Source of the DNA: an uncultured Dehalococcoidales bacterium
Lineage (GTDB): Bacteria; Chloroflexota; Dehalococcoidia; Dehalococcoidales; UBA5627
Length of the DNA stretch: 36,736 nt
Reading direction: 5' to 3'
Assembly: GCA_964528955.1 (NCBI GenBank)
Contig: CAZGVH010000001.1
Location: 3,606 to 40,341, forward strand
Under the pieces are notes generated by a model. The model ran no database searches and was not told the origin of the DNA. It worked only from the letters and a program-made list of their open reading frames with translations. This document shows, one piece after another, positions 8,324-15,035 of this stretch. Positions within the stretch are counted from its first letter, which is position 1, and every line of letters starts with the position of its first letter. The translations under genes and the position numbers were made by a program.

Positions 8324-8902
8324 TTATTTTTTGCCAACAATAAATCTGCGTAAAGCAGCTGTAATTATCAGTAATAATCCGCCTGCACAGCCAAGGTAAT
8401 AGCCAATAGTGAGCTTAGTTTCGACATTACTGATGTACGGGTCACCCATATCTAATCGGAATACACCATTCAAGGGAGCATTGTAAAATCCCTTAAGATT
8501 CATGCTAATAACTATAACGGCAGTTATAGCTACTATTATAAATGATATTCCGACACCGCCTACAAGTGCTGATGGTAGAGATACCCCTATCTTACCAATG
8601 CCGATTCTCTCTTTTTCATCGCTGCTGGCAAACATGCCGAAAAGAATAACTACCACACATACTGCCAAATATATCCACATGAAATTGTCAAACCAGCTCG
8701 GCATTATTTGATCGTAGCCAGCTATCCACGCAGAAAAATCAGACGGAACAAATGACTCAATGCCATAAGCATAGATATTGACAGCGGTAGTGCTCAATGC
8801 AACTATATAAGCTGTCCACCATGGTTGAAACCAGGCGTAAATAAATAACACAGCACCAATTAAAACCAATCCCCGGAATATCCAGGTCCTGATACCACCC
8901 AT
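8324..8902 (-). CDS. Putative membrane subunit of molybdoenzyme A (novel, His-free)
   Basis: 192 aa, about 5 TM helices. Conserved N-terminus RTWIFRGLVLIGAVLFIYAWFQPWW is shared with 27410..27973. Same position after the Fe-S subunit in both copies. No His residue in the sequence. Confidence 0.6.
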   Translation of the reverse strand: MGGIRTWIFRGLVLIGAVLFIYAWFQPWWTAYIVALSTTAVNIYAYGIESFVPSDFSAWIAGYDQIMPSWFDNFMWIYLAVCVVVILFGMFASSDEKERIGIGKIGVSLPSALVGGVGISFIIVAITAVIVISMNLKGFYNAPLNGVFRLDMGDPYISNVETKLTIGYYLGCAGGLLLIITAALRRFIVGKK

Positions 8903-8941
8903 ATCTAAATTATCTCCTTTCTCTAGAATTCTATCGGGTGT

Positions 8942-8984
8942 AGTGGGGGTGATGCTTCATTTTAAGCCTGTATTCACCCCCACT
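8942..8984 (-). other. Intra-operon hairpin between the Fe-S subunit and anchor genes (copy A)
   Basis: AGTGGGGGTGA (8942..8952) pairs with TCACCCCCACT (8974..8984), with a 21-nt loop. An analogous G-rich hairpin occurs at the same position in copy B. Confidence 0.5.
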
Positions 8985-9010
8985 GTCAAGATAACTGTTT
9001 GATTATATCA

Positions 9011-9820
9011 TCAGGATAATGCTATATCTTCTAAACTAACATCCTTCTCGGTGCTGATATCAGCTATAGTTTTTGATTTACCGCCGGCTTCTATTTTTAA
9101 CGAGAAAGTGCCCACAGCTAAACCCTCGAACCAGAAATCTCCGAAGTTATCAGTAGTGGCAGTAGCATTGCCGGCGCCAGAAAGAGTACAGGTTGCACCG
9201 ACGACAACTTCCTGTTTTGCCGGGTCGAATACTGTTCCCGCAATAAACCTCTTTGGGAGATTCAAATAATAAGTTCTCGGTTTGGTGCCAAATTCAGGAT
9301 TCATTACCTCAGCTTTAGCTATCTCGGCGCTAAATGCAGACTCGTCACCGAATCGCAAAGCTCCGTTATGGCAAGAATCGACGCATCTGGGTTCCGTAAT
9401 CGGCCATCCTCTGTCCCTGAGATGTGCGCAACTTGTGCATTTCTGTGCCAGTTTAAGGTTCTGATTCCAGTAAATAACATCATAAGGGCAGGCGTCTATA
9501 CATAACTGATGGCCGGCGCATTTCTGGGGGTCTATGATCACCATAGCGTCATCCCTCTTAGTAATAGCGCCCTCAGGGCAGGCTGTTATGCATGGAGCCT
9601 CGTCACAATGATGGCAGCGGCTCGGTACGTAGGCTACCTTGATATGAGGTATTTTCCCGCGTACGATTTCATTTTGCTTGTTCCAGAACTGCCCTGTTTC
9701 CGGTTGTGGTTTGGCGTAGGGCATCCAGTCATTACCGCAGTGTTCGTCCTTGCAAACAAGCTGGCAGGTATAGCATCCTATGCATTCTGCCGCATCATAA
9801 ACATAAACTTTCTTCGCCAT
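9011..9820 (-). CDS. Four-cluster Fe-S subunit of the DMSO-reductase-family enzyme (transhydroxylase BthL-like), copy A
   Basis: 269 aa. Cys groups are CIGCYTCQLVC, CHHCDEAPCITAC, CAGHQLCIDAC (His replaces the 2nd Cys) and CTSC...CVDSC. A C-terminal ~80-aa beta-sandwich-like domain (GTVFD...FGDFWFEGLAVGTFSLKIEAGG). The ATG overlaps the alpha stop (TAATG). Confidence 0.85.
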   Translation of the reverse strand: MAKKVYVYDAAECIGCYTCQLVCKDEHCGNDWMPYAKPQPETGQFWNKQNEIVRGKIPHIKVAYVPSRCHHCDEAPCITACPEGAITKRDDAMVIIDPQKCAGHQLCIDACPYDVIYWNQNLKLAQKCTSCAHLRDRGWPITEPRCVDSCHNGALRFGDESAFSAEIAKAEVMNPEFGTKPRTYYLNLPKRFIAGTVFDPAKQEVVVGATCTLSGAGNATATTDNFGDFWFEGLAVGTFSLKIEAGGKSKTIADISTEKDVSLEDIALS

Positions 9821-12663
9821 TATTTTCCTCCTTCTACCCAGCCCTTAAATAGCGGGCCATACTGAGGGTCGTAATCTCGTAAAAAGGCTTCTGGGAATTC
9901 ATTACGCCATTGATCCATCATTTCACCAGTTACTTTCTCGATCTCAGCCAGGTAATATTGACAAGCTAAACCGTAACCATGTTTGTGCATCGGCGGCATC
10001 ACATTGATACTGTTGGGGTTGCCGCCTCTGTTGATGTCCGGGCTAATCTGGTCGTCTCCTCCTGCTTTATCCATACGTACAGCTTGCTGCATTACTTTTT
10101 CAGTTACCATAGCACCGGCAAGAACGCTGCCTCTTTCGTTGTAGATTCTAACTATATCACCATTTTTTATCCCTCTGGCTGCAGCATCTACCGGATTAAT
10201 CCAGACCGGGGAATAGGCATACCCGTCAAAACCGATGATATATGGTCTGGCTTCCCTCGTCCAGGGGACATCAACGTACTGTGAGTGATGCAGCCAGTCG
10301 TTGGTCTGTGATACCACTCTGATAGGATAGGTCTTGGCTCTTTCTCCCCAGGGATCTTCATCATGAGTCCAACCTTCAGAAGCAGGGCCGCCGGGCACAT
10401 ACGTTGCAGTGGGTGCTCTTTCCTTATCGTCTGGGAACCAACCCATCAATGTCTGTGATTCGTATTCCATTTTACCGGATGGCGTGCTTAACGGATTTTT
10501 AGCTGGGTCTTCGTAGAATTTAAACGATGCGGGTGTACTTTCCACAGTCTTCGGGTCTCTGTCTACGGCATAATAGCCTTTTTCGTTTAAATCCTCCCAG
10601 CTGATTTTGTCTTTGATTGCCCCGCCATCATAAGCCGCCCTGGTTTGCGCCTCACTCCAATCTTTATAGTTGGTATAGCCGGGGATTATTTTATCGAGCA
10701 TTCCCAGCTTCTCGGCGACCAATAATGTCGCTTCCATGTCACTCTTGGCTTCTCCCTTCGGTAGAGATGCCACTTTGTTTATGTAAGTGATGCCGCATAC
10801 ATCGCCGCCGGTCTTCGGATCTAATAATTCATGCAGTGTAGCAATCGGCAATATTATATCCGAATATTTCATGCAGTCTTCCAACCACATGTTCATGGTT
10901 ATATGGCATTCCAGCTTCGGACTCTGGAAACCCTTACGCGTGTAGTTACCATAGGCGCGGCTACCTGTATAGCTTTGGCTGGTAGCCCAACACAAATGTA
11001 TTTCAGAAAATCCCGGTTCAGGATAGACACGTTTGGTGCCCTGGTCACTGGTAGGCCACCATTCGACAGGCGGGTTCAATAAGCAGTCAGCCCAGTCGTC
11101 TCTGGGCATAAACGGTTTGTCAAGGTCGGTAGCGCTGTACCTGACACCGGTTGCCGTTGAAAAGGCGGTTGTAATTACTGAATTACCTGCTACGCTGGCA
11201 AATCCTCCGGCGCTTCCTGAAGGCAAACTACCCGTTATTGAAGAAATCTGGTGAACGCCGGGTTTTCCGTATCCCTGCATTCCCAGCAGATAGAGCTGCA
11301 TTCTGTTTACGTTATCACCATAGATAGTTCTGCCGTTAGCACCGCCGCCTTTAACACCGAACAAAATCGATGTCGGTTTGGATGCCCATTCACGCGCCAG
11401 AGCTTTGATGGTATATTCAGGGATTAGGGTTATTTTTGAAGCCCAGGCAGGTGTCTTGGCAATCTTGTCCGAGGCAGTCCCTTTAACATATGCCTCCCAC
11501 TTATCAAAACCATAGGCATGGGTTGCTATATAGTCTTTATCATAGGTGTCTTCGTCGAACCAGACATAAGCGATAGCAGCCGCAAGAGCAGCATCCGTAT
11601 TAGGAACTATAGGTATGAATTTATTACAATGGATGCCTACCGTTTTATTTACTTCGGGACCGATGCTTACTACAGGTATCCCCACTTTTTTGTTCATCCA
11701 GTGTAAAGCTATAGGAGCAATCAATCCGCTATACCATGAGTGCGTTTCATTGCATGCCCAGCCGACCAGCATTTCGCAGTTGTTGGCATTGTCATGAAAC
11801 ACACCGCCGCTGGCTTCATAGTCATCTCCGATAACATATCTTCCGCCCAATTGTCCGCCTGAAGAGGTGGTAGCACGCCCGGAAGCGCTGGTAATATAGC
11901 CCTGATATTTGTCATAAGCATAATACTGCAACAAGCCTTCTTGACAACCGTGGCTACCGGGTAGACTGTGTCCTTCGGAATGGCCTCCGCTGTAGGTGGC
12001 GGTGAGAGCAGAGGGGCCATATTTGTCTCCTACTCTCTTAATTTCATTGGCTATTATAGTTGCAGCTTCGTCCCATGAAATTCTCTTGTATTTACTCTTA
12101 CCACGGTTCTGCGCATTGATTTTAGCCGGGTCGCCGCCGGGTTCCCAGTCAACTCTCTGTAAAGGATACAGAACTCTGTTGGGGGAATCGGTGCGTTTTC
12201 TACGGCATATGGTCTGAACACCGATCATGGATTTCAACATCGGGGTCCATGATTTACCGCGTGCCGTATATGTCCAGCCCTTGAGATCCGGATATTCTTT
12301 ATTGTAATGTATCGGCCTGATTCTTATTATTTTGCCATTCTTGACATCGGCATGTCCCGGGCAGTTGATAGCATTAAAAAATACTTCTTCCGGTTCAAGA
12401 GCTGGCGCAGTGGTTCCACCGCCGCCACCAGCTGTGATGGTCTTGGTAACTGTTTCACCGCCACCGCTAACTACAGTTTTTGTAACGACATTAGTTGTAG
12501 TTACAGTGGATGTTTTACCGCCACCGGTAGCCGAAAGTATTCCGGAACCGACAACACCGCCCACGATTACTGAACCGGTGCCAACCAGAAAATCTCTTCT
12601 GTTTATTACTACTTCTCCGGATTGGCTCTTGTCTTCTTTGTTAAGATCTTTTTCTTCTTTCAA
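9820..12663 (-). CDS. TAT-exported molybdopterin catalytic subunit, pyrogallol-phloroglucinol transhydroxylase (AthL)/resorcinol hydroxylase-like, copy A
   Basis: 947 aa. Twin-arginine motif NRRDFLVG. No N-terminal CxxCxxxC FS0 motif. Collinear blocks recalled from Pelobacter acidigallici AthL (YKRISWDEAATIIANEIKRVGDKYGPSA; IAYVWFDEDTYDKDYIATHAYGFDKWEAYV; GIKNGDIVRIYNERGSV). TTG start 7 nt after GGAG. Confidence 0.8.
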   Translation of the reverse strand: MKEEKDLNKEDKSQSGEVVINRRDFLVGTGSVIVGGVVGSGILSATGGGKTSTVTTTNVVTKTVVSGGGETVTKTITAGGGGGTTAPALEPEEVFFNAINCPGHADVKNGKIIRIRPIHYNKEYPDLKGWTYTARGKSWTPMLKSMIGVQTICRRKRTDSPNRVLYPLQRVDWEPGGDPAKINAQNRGKSKYKRISWDEAATIIANEIKRVGDKYGPSALTATYSGGHSEGHSLPGSHGCQEGLLQYYAYDKYQGYITSASGRATTSSGGQLGGRYVIGDDYEASGGVFHDNANNCEMLVGWACNETHSWYSGLIAPIALHWMNKKVGIPVVSIGPEVNKTVGIHCNKFIPIVPNTDAALAAAIAYVWFDEDTYDKDYIATHAYGFDKWEAYVKGTASDKIAKTPAWASKITLIPEYTIKALAREWASKPTSILFGVKGGGANGRTIYGDNVNRMQLYLLGMQGYGKPGVHQISSITGSLPSGSAGGFASVAGNSVITTAFSTATGVRYSATDLDKPFMPRDDWADCLLNPPVEWWPTSDQGTKRVYPEPGFSEIHLCWATSQSYTGSRAYGNYTRKGFQSPKLECHITMNMWLEDCMKYSDIILPIATLHELLDPKTGGDVCGITYINKVASLPKGEAKSDMEATLLVAEKLGMLDKIIPGYTNYKDWSEAQTRAAYDGGAIKDKISWEDLNEKGYYAVDRDPKTVESTPASFKFYEDPAKNPLSTPSGKMEYESQTLMGWFPDDKERAPTATYVPGGPASEGWTHDEDPWGERAKTYPIRVVSQTNDWLHHSQYVDVPWTREARPYIIGFDGYAYSPVWINPVDAAARGIKNGDIVRIYNERGSVLAGAMVTEKVMQQAVRMDKAGGDDQISPDINRGGNPNSINVMPPMHKHGYGLACQYYLAEIEKVTGEMMDQWRNEFPEAFLRDYDPQYGPLFKGWVEGGK

Positions 12664-12806
12664 TTTATTCTCCTTTCATTTAATTCCACCACAGGATATA
12701 AATAATCCGAATAGGCAATCACCTCCTTTTTTTAGTTGTACTTCAAACACCATTCACAAAACATCATTAACTGAAAAAAATCACTATTTAATTATGGTTT
12801 TATATA

Positions 12807-13595
12807 TTAATGTTCCACCGGATAATCTTTGAATGAAGCCTTTGTTGCCCCGCAAACAGGGCATCTCCAGTCGTCAGGGATATCTTCAAATGCAGTGCCG
12901 GCAGGTATACCTCCATCCGGGTCTCCTATTTTAGGGTCGTATACATAACCACAATCGGGGGTTTGGCAATAATATGCCGTCATACTGGATGATGAACCGG
13001 TAGTTGTTATGATGGTAGTAGTAAACGACAGTGCTTTGTTGTAATCCTGTTGAGAAAGGTATTGCGGCTGGTAACTTATTCCTTTATCACTTAACGCATT
13101 AACAAATATTCGCAGGTGATTATTGGAACCTTCTACCAGTTTATTAAAGGCTGTATCGATATTATCTTTATCGGTCTGTTCCAGGTATTTTTTAATATCG
13201 ACGATGTCGATTTCTTCCACCATGGCAGCTATTTCCAATGCCTTAGCCTCAGTTGAGGCGCTTTGTCCTTTAAGTTCGTTGTACAGCGCTTGCAGATCAC
13301 TATTATTGAATTTACCATAATCGTTATTTTCAGCTGGATTATCGATACCATAGGCATCAATGAGTTCTTTCACTATGTTCATATGAGCCTGTTCGCTGTT
13401 ACTGATAGTATCAAGGACATATGTGCCCCATTTATCAAACGAATATCTGTAAACATCCCGGGCTAATTTTTCCACTTCATAGATGTAGTTAAGTCCTTCC
13501 TTTTCTACATCCTTCAATTTTGACGAGCAGGCTGATATCGCGGCCGTTGAGAGTAAAGCAAGCGCCAAAGCTACATAATTTTTACCTTCAGCCAT
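12807..13595 (-). CDS. Lipoprotein fusion of a DUF2202 (ferritin-like) domain and a C-terminal rubredoxin
   Basis: The longest ORF runs to 13640, but GGGAGG lies 9 nt upstream of the ATG at 13595. Lipobox ...[12 protein letters not shown]2202-like [18 protein letters not shown]...SEQAHMNIV. Thr/Ser linker [13 protein letters not shown]. Rubredoxin knuckles [12 protein letters not shown] and [10 protein letters not shown]. Confidence 0.7.
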   Translation of the reverse strand: MAEGKNYVALALALLSTAAISACSSKLKDVEKEGLNYIYEVEKLARDVYRYSFDKWGTYVLDTISNSEQAHMNIVKELIDAYGIDNPAENNDYGKFNNSDLQALYNELKGQSASTEAKALEIAAMVEEIDIVDIKKYLEQTDKDNIDTAFNKLVEGSNNHLRIFVNALSDKGISYQPQYLSQQDYNKALSFTTTIITTTGSSSSMTAYYCQTPDCGYVYDPKIGDPDGGIPAGTAFEDIPDDWRCPVCGATKASFKDYPVEH

Positions 13596-13651
13596 AGTTT
13601 GTATCCTCCCGTTAATAAATTTTTTAAAATAATACGGCACTTACCGATTCT

Positions 13652-14032
13652 TTAAGTTTTTATTAATTCATCTCTCAGTACGCATTTTAATTTAGCGATA
13701 AATAGCTGTTTATTAAACGGAGCTTTAATAAAATCATTGGCGCCAATGTCGAAAGCTTTTACCAATTTCCGGATATCGTTATCACTCGATATAAAAACTA
13801 TTGGTATATCATAATCATCACGTATATATCGTATCAGCTCGAATCCGGGCATATCAGTTAGTTGCTTGCCTGTTATGACAAGGCTAATATCCGGATTATT
13901 TTTTAAATTATCTAAACAGGCTTTACCCAAACAAGTAATAGACCTGTGCCACTCTGGTTGATATTTTGATAAAACATCACTTACTTCTTTTACAACTTCA
14001 TTATCAGCGTCGGCTATAATTATTTTTAACAA
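13652..14032 (-). CDS. Stand-alone receiver-fold protein lacking the phospho-acceptor Asp (pseudo-receiver), copy A
   Basis: 126 aa with CheY-like topology. The beta3 end reads SLVITG-KQLTDMPGFEL, so Gly55 (codon 13870..13868) occupies the Asp position. Lys is retained in DFIKAPF. Confidence 0.75.
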   Translation of the reverse strand: MLKIIIADADNEVVKEVSDVLSKYQPEWHRSITCLGKACLDNLKNNPDISLVITGKQLTDMPGFELIRYIRDDYDIPIVFISSDNDIRKLVKAFDIGANDFIKAPFNKQLFIAKLKCVLRDELIKT

Positions 14033-14194
14033 AGCATCCTCAATATAAATAAGGCTTTATTTAACTTTTTGCATTTAATTGTTGCCAATGCTTACGCTTG
14101 TTTTACCAGTGACAGTCTCAATTGTTAAGGATACTGCTTAATAAAAGACAGGAATTTTTGAGGGTGAGATTAATTCTTGTTACAATTACTAATT

Positions 14195-14226
14195 GTAGAA
14201 TATCGGAGTTAAATAGCGGTTAATAA
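14195..14226 (-). promoter_or_regulatory. Conserved intergenic element upstream of the receiver/molybdoenzyme operon (copy A)
   Basis: Plus strand GTAGAATATCGGAGTTAAATAGCGGTTAATAA closely matches GTAAAGTATCGGAATTAAAATAGACGTTAAAAAA at 32320..32353, in the equivalent intergenic region of copy B. Confidence 0.4.
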
Positions 14227-14239
14227 TCGATTTGATAAA

Positions 14240-14277
14240 GTAAATAAAAGTAAATATTCAGTAATAATTTGTTAAAT
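14240..14277 (-). promoter_or_regulatory. Four direct heptamer repeats at 10-11-bp spacing (candidate OmpR-family regulator site)
   Basis: Plus strand has GTAAATA (14240), GTAAATA (14250), GTAATAA (14261) and GTTAAAT (14271). The helical-turn phasing is typical of winged-helix response-regulator boxes. Confidence 0.35.
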
Positions 14278-14348
14278 TTATACAGCGCTAGGCTATAAAG
14301 ATACCTGGGTTTTTATTTTAAGCAATATAAGCATATGGGGGATAATTT

Positions 14349-15035
14349 CTAACTCAGCGGTTTGATAGCGTAGTATCCTAATCCTGATTTCGAAAAGATA
14401 ATTTGTGGATTTTCCGGATCGATTTCAATTTTTTTACGCAGGTGATTTATGTGCACTTTTAGGCTGTTGATAGCGCCTTCATAATAATCGCCCCAGACTA
14501 TTTCACTTAAAGTATTTAACGGTACTATATTTGGCGAGTTGTTAATCAGTGCGCGCAGAATTTCGTTTTCTGTTCCTGTTAAGTTAATTGTTACATTGTT
14601 TCTGTTAATCTCGCGGCGGTCATAATCATATATTAACGAACCCCAAAACAACTTGTCTTCTCCACTGGCACGCTTGTAAAACTTCAGTAAATTTTTTACT
14701 CTTGCTATGAGCTCCATTTGACGGAATGGTTTTGTAACATAGTCATTGGCACCGAGTTCCAGCGCCTGTACTACCATTGTCTCACTGACATCAGCTGTTA
14801 GTATTAATATAGGTATTTGTGAAAACAGGCGGATTTGCTTGACTACGTCGAGCCCATCTATATCCGGAAGACCTATATCGAGAATAACGATATCAGGGGC
14901 TTGAGTTTCCACCAATTCGACCCCTTCTTTACCCCACCCCGAAGATATTATTTCAATATCAGGCCATACCGTTATAAAAGTATAACCGACGGACTTGACG
15001 ATTTTGCTATCATCTTCAATAATCAGTATTTTCAT
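14349..15035 (-). CDS. OmpR/PhoB-family response regulator, copy A
   Basis: 228 aa. Canonical receiver (ILIIEDD, VILDIGLPDIDG, ILTA, TKPF) plus a winged-helix C-terminal domain. The start overlaps the HK stop by 4 nt. Confidence 0.9.
   Translation of the reverse strand: MKILIIEDDSKIVKSVGYTFITVWPDIEIISSGWGKEGVELVETQAPDIVILDIGLPDIDGLDVVKQIRLFSQIPILILTADVSETMVVQALELGANDYVTKPFRQMELIARVKNLLKFYKRASGEDKLFWGSLIYDYDRREINRNNVTINLTGTENEILRALINNSPNIVPLNTLSEIVWGDYYEGAINSLKVHINHLRKKIEIDPENPQIIFSKSGLGYYAIKPLS

Noticed and set aside
12664-12806. Possible Moco or other riboswitch in the leaders of the molybdoenzyme genes
   Set aside because: The leaders are only 143 nt (copy A) and 77 nt (copy B), and they lack the conserved Moco-motif elements I can recall. 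A covariance-model scan would be needed to exclude this formally.
12332-12832. Plus-strand ORFs 12332..12832 and 31422..31886, encoding Pro/Val/Thr-rich peptides
   Set aside because: They are the reverse-complement reading of the Thr/Val/Gly-rich linker regions of the two molybdopterin subunits. Their apparent conservation is a by-product of the real minus-strand genes.
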